Source of the DNA: Lama glama
Lineage: Eukaryota
Direction: 5' to 3'
Assembly: GCA_028534125.1 (NCBI GenBank)
Contig: CM052828.1
Span: forward strand, 558,001-622,000
DNA: 64,000 nucleotides
Made by a program: the position numbers and the translations under genes. The notes beneath the pieces are model-generated. The model did no database searches, was not told the DNA's origin, and saw only the letters and a program-made list of their open reading frames with translations. How positions within the stretch are numbered: position 1 is the first letter of the stretch; each line of letters opens with the position of its first letter. Positions 48,340 through 62,404 of this stretch are shown in pieces.

Positions 48340-49200
48340 GTTTAAACTGATTAACAGGATAAGGAATCAGACCCAGAAAGACCAGGACAACTTGGAAAAA
48401 CACAGACTAAAATACCTAGAAACTGGAATTAAAGTTACCCAGTCAGTTAAGCAGCAGGATAAATGCAGCTGAAGAGAAAATTAATGAACTGCATGCAAGA
48501 CAGAGCCAAGGGAAGGACCCAGAAAGCCGTATGGAAAGGCAAGAACTGACAGGTCATCAAGGAGAGTCAGACAAACCTGCTGGGCCATTTCCACACCCCT
48601 CTCTCAGTTACTGTGAAAAAACATTCAGAACTTCAGGAAGCATGGAAGCACCACAAGGAACAAGCTTGATCTGCTGGAGACAGACTGAGAGAGAGCCTGG
48701 CCTCCGCTGCTGGAAACACACCCTTTCCAAACACAGAACAGTCCCCAGCCCTGCCGATGCATCAGCTGCAACGCAGGGTTTACTGGTCCAGAGGACTCGT
48801 TTTACATAAGCACTCTGCCCAGCAACAGTGCATTTAGGACAGAAATCACAAACACAGAATTACCCAATACACTTGGAAGATGGAAAATTAACTTCCAAGT
48901 AGTTCCTGGGTCAGAATGAAATCCTAATGGAAATGAAAAGATCCTGAAGACTGAGCAGTGCTGAAATGCTGTACCTCAGTATGAGTGCAACTATGACATG
49001 TCTTAGAAATTTACTCTTGAAAGGTTTTTTAAGAAAACCCTAAAATATTAACAAGCCAAACATCCAGATTAAGAAATCAGACCTAGAAGGGAATAAATCT
49101 AAAGAAAATAGAAAAACTCTAATAGAGATAAGACCAGAAATCAGTATTAAAATCGGTCCCGGAAAGGCCGGTGACAGTGACAAACCTCTGGAGAGGCCTC
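48340..49200 (+). mobile_element. Ancient L1 ORF1/ORF2 fragments
   Basis: A-rich L1-like phrases (tgggtcagaatgaaatcctaatggaaat, gacaaacctctggagagg). Confidence 0.6.
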
Positions 49201-50899
49201 TCCTGCCCGGTCACGGAGCAGCAGCCCTCTCTTCACCCAGGAAGTCCTGACCAGGCCTGCGGCTTAAAACACTTGCTGTGAACTTGACCCACATCTGTGT
49301 CTCCTTCTCTGACCGTCTTCGTTTGGAGGCTTCAGATTGACCTCGCCTGGCCCCTCGTCTAGTGCTAGCTGGTGTAGACTCGCTGGTGTAGAAACAGCCT
49401 TGACTGCGCTGCCAGTCAAATGACCTCCAGAAAAGCAACATCATAATTACAGTCCCCTGCCTGCAAAATCTCTAGGTTTTCCCTACTGTCTCACCGTTTT
49501 GCAGAATGTTTCTGAAACGTCGGGTTTGTGTGATAAAACAGACTTCTCATCAGCAATGTCGTCTAACAACAGTTTTTTACTAAGTAGCTGCCACATGCTT
49601 AGAGATGTCATAAAGCCATTTCCCCCCAGAAGCCGCCTGACCACATCTGGGCAGAAGTAAACATGGTGCAAACTCCAGGGCTGGGGACGTTTATAGCTCA
49701 GAAAGGTCGTCTCAGGAGATGCAGGAGAAAATAAACGTATTAAGAGAACACTGTCTGTCTTTTGAATTGACATTTAAAAAATGGCTGTATTTAAACAAAC
49801 ATCAGTACTTGGAAACAGGCCTACGAGAGGAGTGCGTGGGGGCCGGAATGGCTCCGCCCGGCTCGAGAACAGTACCTGACCCAGAGGAGGCCCTCGGTGC
49901 CCCCTTGTTGAGTGAATGGATGACACGCTCTGTGACGTAGCAGTCAACTTACAACACCCGCAGTGGCATGTACTCACTCCGTCTGTCCTCACGTTGCTCT
50001 AGAGCGACGTCTAAAGCTGGCTGAAGAACTGATACAGGACATCTGCTGCCCACAGGCAGCCCAGGGACAATCCTAGCCATTCCTGGACCTAAATGTTCAG
50101 ACTCCCACCTACGGACCAAAAGTCTCTCCTCTCCCTGAGCATTTTCCCGACGTGAACTGACGCTGCGTTGAAGTCCAGGTGCTTGTCTGCAGCTGTGACC
50201 GCCTCGCAAGCAGGACCCCTGCAGCTGCCGGCGCCTCCCATGCGCCCAGCTGCTAGGCACGCTGCTGCTCCCGCAGGAGGATCTCCACTGTGAGCACCGC
50301 CTCTGGGGTTTGCTAATAGAAGAGAATCTGCACCTGCATCTGGTGCAGATTTATGGTGTAAAGCGTAACACTGTGCCCTGTCGCAGCGCAGCCTCTCTGG
50401 GTACCTGTGTTTGTGTTCTGGTCTAGAGGATTTTGGAATCTTGAGGAAGCAGATCCGCTGAGGGAACTCTGGGAAGATGGGAGTCTGAAATGGACTGACA
50501 AGGCAGAAGACATGAGCGTTAACCTGTGCGTTTGGACCCAAGTCTGCAGAGGAACCAATCTACACACGGAACTTCGCCAGGATGCAGAACAAGACACAGG
50601 CCTACTTTCCAAGAAGCACGAGTGCTGGGGGACCAACGCAGATGTGTGTGGCCATGACAGGGCAGGCAATGTAACAAAAGCAGGCAGAGTGACAGGACAG
50701 CCCTGTTCCAGCAGGCACGCCGTCCACTTAGCTTAGGACAGACACACTCACAGTGGGCTCTGGTCAAAGTCACAATACTAATGTAGCAGCACGAGCTGCT
50801 CTTAAGTGGAATTACTGGGAGAAAACACAGAACAGAAGGAACAGTAAAATGTCCCTGTTGGGTCTCCAGAAGGTCTCACTCACCGCCATGCCCCAGGGC

Positions 50900-53800
50900 C
50901 CAGCACTGCACAGGAGGGGACAGACAAACACCCACTTGTAGACAGTGTTCCGTTTGGCCACAGTAAACTGGATTGTTTGGACAAGCCCTCCTGCTGAGAA
51001 CACCTGAAAAAGCTGAAAATACATTATTTTAAAAATCAGCCTGAAGTTACGAGAAGGCAACCAAAGCAGTGAGGAGTAGCAGGTCGAAGGGCAGCCAGAG
51101 ATACAGGCCTAATGTTTGACTCCACTCTCATCCTCAGGACACCTTTTTCAGAATCACAGACGAAATGCCTGAAATGACGAGCGAGCTTCTGGCAGACTTA
51201 GAGCCACCAGGGAGGGTCAGCACTCAAGGCCAGTAACTGCCGGGCTTGCAGTTCGGACCCTCAGGGGCTGTCCCCTAGGAGTGACGGTGACCAGTCTTCG
51301 CAAGCCTCAGCTCACCTCCATCCACAGTCAGTCAGGGGCACGTGCCCCAGCCCGGCCTCCTCCCCGGGGAGCTTCTCTGGAGGAAGAGAGCGTCGACCAG
51401 AGCCTTAGCTTTTCCTAACAGTGTCTCACACTCAGACGAAACAGAGTAGGTAGAGGAGCCTGGAACAGAAGCCAGGAGAGAGAAAGACTTGAGAAACAGA
51501 CCCACAGGACAGCCAGGTTGTGGTGTTAGCAAACATGAAGTTGGAAACAGCTAAAATTAATGTTTAAGGAACTAAAAGAGATTAAATAATTTTAGCATGT
51601 AACTAGAAATATAAAAGTAATCAAATGGAAATTCAACAACTGAACAATACAGTTAAAAACTTCAAAAGATTTAAAAGCAGATGAGACTTAGGCAAGTAAA
51701 TAAAAATTTGGAAGATACATTAGGATCAAATATCCAGACTAACGCACTGAGAGACAAAGGAATGGAAAAGACAGAAAATAACATAAGAAAACCACATCTG
51801 CCCATTGTTTAATCCAGCAAGTGTCAGGAAAATTCCATGGTACTCCTGTGTTACTATTAAACATTAAAATAGTGCTTACTAGGTACTAAAAAGAAGGAAG
51901 TCCTCCTCTTCTGGCAAAACTATTTTACAATTTAGTTTTTAAATTTTTAGCAATCGTTTCTTTTAAGTCTACATTTATGCCAAAACGATTTAACCTGCAA
52001 CTGAATTTTTCTGTTCATGTTACAATAGCTTTCGGTGCTGAGAACAGATTGACAGTATTACTCCCAGCGCACAAGGGCTTACACAGTCCCACAGGGACGT
52101 GGTGAGGCCCACTAATTTTCCAGAACTTAGGGCTACTCTCAGACATCAAGTTCTCAAAGTTCAGATGTCGACAAGAAAAACCTAAGGAACAATTGTGGTT
52201 CAACGTCTGACTCATTCATGTGACTGGAGGCAAAAGCACAAAAACCTTCCATTACCGAAAACCCACTGTAGGCAGGGGAAGGGAACTGGGGGAGGAACAG
52301 GAATGGATGCTAGCCCCACTGTACACCCAACACCCCCACCGGGAGGGCCAGGAGCGCTGGGGAGGCCACATCCCCAGGCCCCAGGGACACAGTCCTGCCT
52401 GAGACTAAGGCTGAGTCAGAACCCCAAGGAGAGACCCTGCACCAGGCCAGCAAGTATTAAGTAACCAGTAACAGAAGAACACTTCTGGGAAGGGACAGAG
52501 CAGGAACGTGAGGGCAGTGCAAAGGGAGACTGAAGGCTGAGGGTGGAGAAGATACCGGGGGAACCCTCTGGCCAGCCAGTCCGCATCTTACACACAGGTA
52601 TTGCTAAAGGAATCTGAAACCTGTATGCACCGAGGGTGACCCTAGCAATGTGCAAACCTTACAGCTTGCCCAGCTCCTAACTAGATTAACTCAAATCCCC
52701 ACAATAAAAGCCTCTCAGAAGGAAAGGCGTGCCCAATCCCAGGCATAAATCTGCTGTCCTACTCACGACGTCTGGCTTTCAGAAACAAAGAATTGAGGCA
52801 TACGAAAAAGCACACACCCAGGAGACAGAGTGATCTTCAGGACCAGGCTCAGGTGGTAGCACAACCCGACACTGAATTTACAGGAACTATGACTAACACA
52901 TAAAGGGCTCTAATGAAAAATGTGGACATCATATGGGTAATTTCAGCAGAGAAATAGGAGCTATAAGAGAGTATCAAAGGGATTGCTAAAAATAAAAAAT
53001 GAAGGAACAAAAGTGAAGAATGCCTTTGGCATCAGAAGACTCAGCATAGCTGGGAAAGAATCAGTTAACTTAAAGATTAGTCAGTGGAAATTATCCAGAA
53101 TGAAGAAGAAAGAGCAGAAAAGACTAAGCAGAGCATATAGAGCATCCAGGACCTGTAGGAAAAATGTCAAATGACCTCATAGGTGTGTAATTGAGATCCC
53201 CAAACTGCTAGAGACGGGGAATGAAGCAGAAGGAAAAACTTAAAGAAATAATGGCTGGGAATGTTCCAAAACAAATGAAAGTCATTCAATCACACAGGCG
53301 AGAAGCTCAGAGAATATAATGCAAGATAAATACCCCTCTTTACCCCCAAATCCACACACATCTGGATATATTATATTCAACTTGCTGAATATGGAGGACA
53401 GAGAAATACTGAAGGCAGTCAGAGAAGAGTCACATCGTATATACGAGAGCAAAAGTGAGAACTGCAGGACTTCTTGTCAGAGGTCGCAGAAGATGAAAAG
53501 TGATGGAGTGAGTTTAAACGCCGAAGGAGAAGAGCCTGTCAACTCAGAATTCCATAGCCAGTAAAAAGATCTCTTGAGAATCAAGAAAAACTTCTGAGAA
53601 AAGTACCAACTTAGAGTCATTCCCAACCAACCTCATTAATCTATGAACAGGAACAAATTTTAAAGGAAAGTCTGTAAACAGAAGGAAAAAAGTAACCAGA
53701 CAGCAAACTGTATCTGCGCCAAGAAATGAAGAGCACTGGACACGGGACAAACGGGCATAAAACAAATGTGCTGTTTTCAGTTGCTCAAAATGTAGGCGAA
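50900..53800 (+). mobile_element. Ancient L1M 5' UTR/ORF1 remnants (probably more than one element)
   Basis: atgggtaatttcagcagagaaatagg, gaagaatgcctttggc, gaaataatggctgggaatgttccaaa, ctgtcaactcagaattccatagccag. Confidence 0.7.
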
Positions 53801-53849
53801 TGTCCAAAGCAAAGACAGTGGCAGTGCACTGTAACGGGTGACACCACTT

Positions 53850-53980
53850 TATTTTCAGGTCTTGAACCAGCCCTGCATTCCTGGGTAAGTCCCACTTGGT
53901 CATGGTGGGTAATTTTTTCTGTATTTTTTGGATTCGATTTGCTAATACTCTGTTAAGGATTTTTACATCTATGTTAAGGA
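53850..53980 (-). mobile_element. L1 ORF2 RT fragment
   Basis: Translation LLNIDVKILNRVLANRIQ matches the L1 RT motif LMNIDAKILNKILANRIQ. Confidence 0.85.
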
Positions 53981-54031
53981 GAAAAAAGTCTTTCTTAGAC
54001 CTCCTCCTCATACCTAAAATGCATTTTTGTC

Positions 54032-54160
54032 GGGGAGGGTGTAGCTCAGTGGTGGAGTGCATACCTGGCAGGCACGAGGTCCTGGGTTCAAGCCCCAGCA
54101 CTTCCAAAACAGATGAATAAACCTAATTACCTCCCCTCCAAAAAAGATTAAAATTTTAAA
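54032..54160 (+). mobile_element. Full-length Vic-1-like camelid SINE with 15-bp TSD
   Basis: ggggagggtgtagctcagtggtggagtgc..gaggtcctgggttcaagccccagcacttcc..aataaacctaattacctcccc (Pol III A and B boxes). TSD at 54016-54030 and 54161-54175. Confidence 0.92.
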
Positions 54161-54869
54161 AAAATGTGTTTTTGTAATAAAGACCAGATATAAACGCTAA
54201 CACTTTGTGTAAGTCAGTGTGAAAACAGCAGCGTTGCATACACGTCCCCCAGCCCCGGATAAACGTCTCTGAAGGAAGTAGAAGAGAAGTGAGCAAGAAG
54301 AACGTACCCATGAGGTTCTCAAAGGGAACTGTGACCTCAGTCAGAGTTACTGTTTAACCAGATTGTAACCAGAGATCACACACGATCACAACGCGATTAA
54401 GAAAATTTGAGCCAAGATTTAAAAATCAGAAATAAAAACTCCAGTTTCTCACTTGCTTGGTTAATGTGAAAAATCAGAAGGTTCTGCCAATCCTAGGTGT
54501 CCTTCCTGAGCCTGAGTGCCACCTGTCCCTGTTGGAAGGGATGTCAGTTCACTGCTGCCCACCTAGCCGAGTCACTCTTCCTGTCACCAGCTGGACCCCT
54601 GCAGGATTCGAGTTTCGATTCTTGCTCTGAACAGCCAATTAGCCAGAATCATCATGGAATCAGCTGCCAATTCTGAAGAGAATCCAGATTAATCTGTGAT
54701 GTCACACGGCACATTCATGGACAGTTTACTCAAATATATCCCCAGAGGTTTGAAAACCAGGGTGCCAGCAGGACCACAGGGCACTGCTCTGGGCAGAGGG
54801 GGCAGCTGGGACCACAGCCGACTGGCCCAGCTCAGGAGGACAGGAGGCCTCCTCACCCCCCAGCCCACC

Positions 54870-55150
54870 CATCCAGAAATACGTGAGTTACACAGTTCTC
54901 AGTTTCCTAGTAGCCACATTAAGGAAGTACAAGAAACGGGTGAACTTAGTCTTACCAGTGTACTTTATGTAACTCGCCATACCCAAATGTCAGTGTGTAA
55001 CTGGCACTAAAAATTGAGATATTTTACATTTCTTTCTTTTTTCCATGGTCTTTGAAATCCAGTGGGAACTGTACACTATTTCAGTTCCAGCCAGCATGTC
55101 TCAGCGCCCCGGGGCCACAGGGGTGGGCAGCTCGGGGCCCAGTGGACACC
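54870..55150. mobile_element. MER33-like hAT-Charlie element
   Basis: ctagtagccacattaa..tgagatattttacatt..gtctttgaaatccagtg. Confidence 0.75.
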
Positions 55151-55379
55151 TGGTGCCCAAGTGGTCCCCAGCATCCATCTGCCAGCAGCTACAGCGAGAA
55201 ACCGCAGTGCACGTCTCTCCAAAACCAGTTTAAAAATGTGTTCGGTCTCTCCATTTTAAAAAATACATTAAAGAAACAGACACTGCAATCAAGTCAGAAG
55301 TAGGAAGTAGAGGTCCACCTGCCTTTCTCCTCCTAATACAAGCTTCACTGTGAAAGCAGTTTAGTTAGGTTTCTTTTCC

Positions 55380-58090
55380 CTAGTTTCTACAAACGTGCAC
55401 ACACATGATTTTTCTCAGTATCTCACAAGCACCTTGAAGAACCCTTCCCACTCTGTCCGCAGACGCTGGGCAGCTTCCTCCTCTGTCCTCACTGGCCAGG
55501 CTGTGGCAAAGCTCCCTCAGGGCAGATTTAGGGGCTCAGGCTTCCCTAGGTGGTGCCCAGGGGCTGGTGGGCAGTGGCCCTGGTGCCGCCTCTTCGTCTT
55601 GGCAGAGGTGACAGGCTGTGCTGTTTCTTTCCTCAGAGTCAGTAGTTAAATAGCTTGTTGAAGAGTAACTTACGGGTGTGTGTGTGTACACATCAGTGTG
55701 CAGCGAGTGACTTCACGGCGTGAACACGCGTGTGCCAGGTGTGCGAGTCCTCACAGCCCCTGGGCCACCCCAGGGGCCCAGCTGCAGTGTCCCCCGCGGG
55801 CAGCCACCAGCCGCCATTCGAGTCGCACCTGCCTGAACGGAACACGGTGCGCCGTCGTCCACCTGCTGCTGGTGGCCCGGTGGCCTCTGTGCGCTGCCCG
55901 TCCCGCTGCTGGGCTGCCTGCCTTCTCCGGGCGGGCTACGGACTTTCCGTGACCTGGGCGCCGCGGGCGCGGCTCCGGCCACTGCCCGCCTCTGTGTTTC
56001 CTGTGTGGCCCCTCTCGCCCCACAAGGGCTCGGCTCCCCCGGTGCCCCGCGTGCGCCTCCCACGCTGTAAGGCCGCCCGCTAGGTCAGCATCAGGACCCT
56101 CCTGCCTTCTAGAACGTGACGTATCTGCCCCAGCTCATGTTCACTGGGGGCCTATTTCTAGTCCTTATTAATAACGTGGTGTCGCAGGTACCATCTTCCT
56201 TTAGGTGTCCGGCCGGAGCGCCAGGCAGACACGGTCCTGCCTTCAAGCAGCTCGTTTTTGGGTAGAGAAAACCAGTTAAACCGACCCCCACAGTGCAGCC
56301 TGGTCCACCCAAGGCAGGACCCCGGGAGTGTGGCGGCAGTGGGGCGAAGCCTCGCTGGAGTGGGCGGGAGCCTCAGGGAGGCCCCCCCAAAGCACAGGAG
56401 TGTTCACAGACCTTCCATGAGCTCAGGGGCAGCGGGGAGAGCAGGGAGCAGAGACCACGGACGCGTCAGGGGGCTCAGCTCACAGCCTGTGCCCAAGGAC
56501 GTGACTGCGGGTCTGGATCGGTTCGGGGGGCAGTGTTGAGAGCGTGGCCACTCAGAGTCTGAAGCAGCAGCAAACGGAACTGGCCCGAGAAGCAGGGCCA
56601 CCACGGGACGCGGGGGCCTAGGTGGGAGGTCAGGTGAAGACACGCCTGGAGTCGGGATGTGGACGGCGCTCTCTGAGTAGGTGAGCCCCTCGGCTTTCCC
56701 ACGGTGAGAGCCTGGAAGCAGCAACTAAGCAAACCGTGGCAGGCCTGGGCACCGCCTGAGGAGGGTTCTGGAGCCCCGCCAGCCCCCTCGGGGGCGGTGA
56801 TGCTTCCGTCCACTTGCCAGTGGGAGCGTTTCCTTGGCAGCTCCGCGGGCTGGGAGGCCATTACGCGCACAGAAGCTGTCCTGCAGCCTGCGTGTGAAGT
56901 CATCGCCGAGTGCTTGTTTCACTCTTGGCCGCGTTTGCGCGGCGAGAGCATGGTTTCGCCCGCCCAGCTCTGTGCAGAGGAGGCTGGACGGAGCCTCGGG
57001 CTGGCCAGCTCACCCAATTCTGGACCACTTCCCGGAGAAGGCTACCGAATCCATTCCTCCCTGAAGCCAGAGACGTGGGGTGGTTTTTCTATGCTTGTAG
57101 GAACCGCATATTCAGACAAACTTTGTAACCAGAAATACAGCCAAAGTTGCCTAACTTGAACTGAAATATAAAAAAGCTTAAGAAAAACAGTTGGCAGCTG
57201 CTTTGCTGCAAACGTAATCGAATTAAGACGAGGCCACACTGGAGTGGAGTGGGCCCCAGCCCAGGGCCTGGGGTCTCCATGAAGGGCAGGAGAGTGGGAT
57301 GTGGACACAGGGACACGGGAGGCACAGGGGAGAAGCCACCAGGAGACAGACATGGGGGAGGACCCTCCCCGACGCCCTCCAAGGGAGCACGTCCCCGTGA
57401 CACCGTGACCTCCAGCCTCTGGCCTCCAGTTACGGGAAGGTCACCGAGTGTGTGGTGTGTGTTAACAGCGGCTGCAGGGCCTCCCCGCTCGCCCCCCAGA
57501 CCACCCAGAGTGGGCGCCCCTCACTGCACTGCTCTGTCAGCCTCCGACCTCCCAGCTTGGTGGGAAAAAGATAGGTCTTCATACATTTTTTGCTTTTGTA
57601 CGTACTTGTGAGTGACTCGGCAGTTTGCAGCGTGGGGCCACTTAACGCAGGCTTTCTTGTCGTCTCTCTGATTGGCTGCAGTTCTTTACACATCAGCCTT
57701 TTGAAAACGTCCTTCCTTCCGTGACTGTCCCCCTACCCCGCCTGCCACCTTGCATTCGCTGTGTTGCGAGTTTTAATCGAGCGTAGGTGCCTTAGATTCC
57801 CGCTCGTGCTCAGGGAAGACGTCACAGCTTTCAAGGACATAAAAGCCCTTCTTTGGGACAGAAACGTCCTGCACGGCCACCTTCACCGCGGCCCTGACAG
57901 AAAGCTTCTCGTTGTCAGAGCAGCTCGCACGGTGCTGCTGACTGCCCGCCCCTCGACGGGGGCCCTTCAGTCAGCGGAGGTTTCCGTGCTTGCTTCACAG
58001 TCGGTTTGCTCTCATTTTTAGGTGGTTTATGCGGAGGAGCAGTTTATTCAGCGTGTCCTTGATGAGCATTTTAAGGCTGGACATTATCTA
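55380..58090 (-). mobile_element. Patchwork of ancient antisense L1M remnants, strongly GC-shifted (interrupted by MLT1)
   Basis: Colinear antisense L1 3'/ORF2 phrases (gattggctgcagttctttacacat, gagttttaatcgagcgtagg). Confidence 0.5.
57195..57480 (+). mobile_element. MLT1-type LTR
   Basis: tttgctgcaaacgtaatcgaattaagacgaggccacactggagt..ctccaagggagcacgtccccgtgacaccgtgacctccagcctctggcctccag. Confidence 0.8.
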
Positions 58091-61000
58091 CAGCTGAAGG
58101 GACATCAGACTTCTAAACACTACAGCTATTCGCTAAACACACCAGGAAGGTCCTAGAGGCCAGATAAACACAGTTTCATGGCAGGAAACAGCTTGGAATT
58201 AAGCCAAAAGCTAACCTGGGCGTCACAGAAACCCGCACGCACTGCCCCCAACCTGCCGCGTGGTCCCAGGCACGTCACCTGAGCTCCCTCCACGCACCTC
58301 TGAACGTTCGAGAAGCCAACAGTCACTTAAGCAACGAACCAGAGTACGGGATGTCTGAGGTGCCTCAGGCTGGACGTGGATGAAGGCTCCCAGGGCCCCT
58401 CGGGAGGGATGTGGAGGTCAGGCCCGCACGCTCCCCGTGAGGGGGGAGCCACAAGCCAACAGCTGGACGCACCACCGCGTCTCTCATCTCCAGTCCGGTC
58501 TCTGTTCTCCTGAGATAGAGAGGTAGTCCACTTCCCTCTCCGTTTTAAGAAAAACAGTGTAAAAACATGGTATCAGGCAACGGCCCCCTGGCCTCAGTAT
58601 TAGGGAAGCGCAGGGAGTGACAGGAACAAAGTCTCACGGTTGCCAGGAGGCTGGATAGTCGATTCTGAAGAAATGTGCACTGAGCCTGGAAGTATCCTGG
58701 CTTTTAAACACCAGTCATTCAAAAACAACTTCTGTTTTTAAACTGTATGTGGCCAGATTCAGCCTTTGGCACCCGCCGGGGGCCTCTGTGCTGACCGTCC
58801 CTGTGACCCCGCAGAACAGTGGCCACACAGCCAGGGAACCACGCCCGGCCCCCAGCCACCACAGTAGCACAGTCTCTTACAGAAGCAGGGATGTGACAGA
58901 GAACAAGACCCTCGGTTACCATGGGGGTGTGAAAACATGTAAAATTTCACATAAAATTCCGTAAGGATCAAAAGAAAACAGGTTATCTGTGAGGGCAGCA
59001 GCACTCAAGACAACTCACTTCTCACTTCTCATTTTTAGAACAGTGACCCTCACCTATGGTAACACTGCGGGAATGCCGTCCTGGGAAGCACCAGAACACA
59101 TCAAGGAAGCTGAGTGTGAGCAGCAGGGAGACCCGGTGGTCCCCACGACGCTGTGAGGAACGGGCCTCACTTTCCACCTGTTCATCTCTGAGGAAGGGGG
59201 TTCCCTGCTGGGTGTTGACCGCAGACTCGGGGTGCGCGTGGAGAAGCTCAGAAGGTGGGCTTGAGCTCTGCCAAGAGCAGCGTTTGGGCCTCAGCCGTAG
59301 CTACTGAGAGCTGCTCCACCTAAGGGCGTCAGTCAGGGTGGTAAGATAGCTTCCACGTCTTTGTACACTTGCAGCCCTCACAGCGGCTTTAGTGCATAAT
59401 TACCGCATGGAGTGCCTCTCCTGTAAGTGACTGTCACTGCGAGCATTTTTCCACAGCCGAGCCACATATTCCAAGGGTCAGCTTAGGAAGGACAGAGGAA
59501 GACTCAGGGGTAGGCACAGCCTCCTCCCCCCACCGCCCCCGCCCAGTGCTGGGCCCCACGTTGCTCAGGTCAGCTGTGCCCAGAGGGGGCTCTGAGGTTC
59601 TGCTTTCCCCTCCAGCCGAAACCCCAGCCCAGGAGGACATCTGGAGGAGCCCCCCAGGCCTCTCACCGCCCCGCCCCCGACCTGGGCGGCCCCCGCCTCC
59701 CGGGAAGCAGGTGGCTTGGCGACCCCTCGCCCTTGGGCTTCTCTTATCTGATCTCAAAGGCGTGGGGCAGGGCCACTCAGACCCCTGCTCTGCTGTCTTC
59801 TCCAGCTGCGGACAGCCCAGGTCCGGCCCCCTGCGCACGCTGAGGCCCTGGGCACGCGGGGCTCGCTCGGTGCGAGGGGCCTCCTCTGGCAATGCTCGGA
59901 GTCAGGGGGCCCTTGGGGGGCGTCCCACCACCACCACCACACGTGGTAAGACAGGCAGTCGCTTGTTCAACTTGCAAACAAAGCAGGAAAGTGGACAAGG
60001 CCCTGGACACACTGATTGGGAGTAGGAAGAGACGCTAAACAGGAGAGGATGGTGTGGCCGTCCTCAGCCAGCATGACAGGTGCGCCGTCCCGGAAGGCCA
60101 CCCACCCAGCCTGGCTGGGTCCCCGCCTGCACCCGCGCCCTGCGCTCCGCACGCGCTACTGGTACCAAGACAGCAGGGACAGCCACTCAGGCCCCCACGA
60201 CATGTCCCCGGTACAAACGTGCGATCAGAGTGCTCATGACCAGTGCCCTGAAGGACAGCCACAGCTCTGCCCGGGCCCCAGGCCCCACCCAGCACAACCC
60301 AGCCCTGAAAGGTGACAGTCACTAATGTGAAAGAAGCCTTTGGATTTTTCCCCCAGTTGTCCAAACAGATCTTTGACTATTGACTTTCAAATGAGAGTAA
60401 CAAACACGGCCTTCAGAGTAAGCAGATCTGAGCCCCAGGGCGCCCGGGCCAGGAGGGAGCAGTGGGAGCCGGAGGGCAGGAGGGACAGCAGACACCAGGC
60501 GCGGCTGCGCCCCCAGCGCTCGCCGCGGGACGCTGGGTCCCTTGGACGGATGGGCGCTCACCACCTGGGCTTCCGCCCCAGGTGTCTCTGCTTTCTCATT
60601 AATATTAAATGCCCTGACAGATTCCCTCCTGTGCCTCACAGAACACCTCTTAGAAAGGCAGGACCGTGCCATGTGCTGTGTGGTGGCAAAGGTTCTCAGT
60701 AAATAATGACCACCCACCACCAGTGGCAAAGAGGGAAAACAACCAGAGGCTGATGTAACTGTGGAAGTATTCACTGGTTCCCCAGCGTCAGCCGTGCAGG
60801 CCCGTGCTGCTCTCCAGTGGGCTCGCCGTGATTCTAACTGAGCGATAAGATCGAAGAGTACTTCCCTCGGTATTTACAGACTCGTTTAACAGATTTCATA
60901 AAACAAAAATGCTTATGTTAGACACTTGCTTATTTTGACTTTGGGCATTAATTTAACAACACACAACGTCTAAGGCAGAGAGACAATTAAGTTTCTATCT

Positions 61001-62404
61001 ATAGAAAGATAGGTTTAGATATGTATAAAGATTTCGATCTACATTTATATTACATACACTCAGTATTATGTCAGGTCTCCAGCTTTTGTTGTAATGTTGT
61101 CATCCCGTCTTTCTAAAAGGGCCTGCAGAGCCAAGCTTCTATTTTTTTTTTCTCAAGTTTAGGAGGAAACATTCAGTTTCACCAGTTTCACAGTAATTTT
61201 AGAACCAAGTTAAGAACGTCAATGTTGAAACAGTGACATGTTTGTTGTTACAGACTTGGACAAATTTGGGTAACGGGATATCTGTTTTCATTCGTCAATT
61301 CAGTAAGCATCTGAAAGAGCAACACCGGCAGTTTAAAGCCCAGCCATCTTGGTGGGCTGTGCTCACTAAGGTGCCGGCCATTCGCAAGGCCCCTCAGCAC
61401 AAGCACCAGGAGCCAGAAAGGGGCCCACCCCTCGTGATTCCATTTTTGATGAACATGCCCTTAAAAACGTAACTCAAAATACGGAAGAATGATACATAGA
61501 TAATCACCCAAGTTTCATTTGTAAAACCAAAGTACGAAAACAGCAGTAAGATCTTCATTTTCTAAATGGCATTTGATTTAGAGTCACTGAGTCCCACCAG
61601 GTCAGGCGCCTCGCAGAGAGTACGAGGGACAGACATGGACGGACGGGTGGGTCCCCTTAGAGCCCTGGCTCGGGGCATCCTGACATCCAGACCTGGGCTC
61701 GGGACACCCCACTGTGCGGTCCTGGGCTCGGGACGCCCCGCTGTCTGGGTCTGCGCTCTTCTGCTATGAAACTCTTAGAGTGACATCATCAAGACGGCAG
61801 ACGAGGCATTCCCAGACATCATTTCCACAGACACAAAAACAGAGCAACAACCTACGGCCCAGAAACCCTTTGTGAGAGCTCCAGGAGCCGGTCAGGAAGT
61901 GGCAGGACCAGGCAGGCACACAGCTGAGCACAGCACGTTGAAGTGGGTCAGAACCGTGGCGTCCTTCCCCAAAGCTGGCGCAGCTCAGTGCCACCAGGAA
62001 AGAAGGCCAACTCACAGCTCCTCCTCGGGCAGGACGTCGGACATCCACGTCCCTGCTCCCGGGGGGCTGCCGAAGGGGGACTGGCTGCTGTCCCACCTGG
62101 ATGGGACCCGCGTACCTTGGATGCCTGGGGGCTACTGAGAACAAAGGGGCTCAAGCCAGCTTATTGAGGGGCCAGAGATCCTGCAGTGCCGCACACAGAC
62201 ACCAGAGGGGGCAAGAGGCAAGGTCCTGACAGACGCGGCAAACCTAACCGGGAAGGTAAGGGGGCACGTCCCCGGGAAAGGACTGAAAGCCCCCAGCCCC
62301 CAGCCAGGCTGACTGCGGAGCCTTTCCCTGGGGGGCCGGTCCACACCGGGGGGAGAGGCGGCCCGACCAGCACTCCGGGCGGGCGCAGGGGCAGGGGCAG
62401 CAGA

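Noticed and set aside
54032-54105. tRNA-like sequence with A and B boxes
   Set aside because: It is the head of a Vic-1-type SINE (characteristic tail, TSD, multiple copies), not a tRNA gene.
53544-54107. 187-aa ORF with a reverse-transcriptase-like stretch
   Set aside because: A chance read-through of an antisense SINE into a short L1 ORF2 fragment; not a gene.
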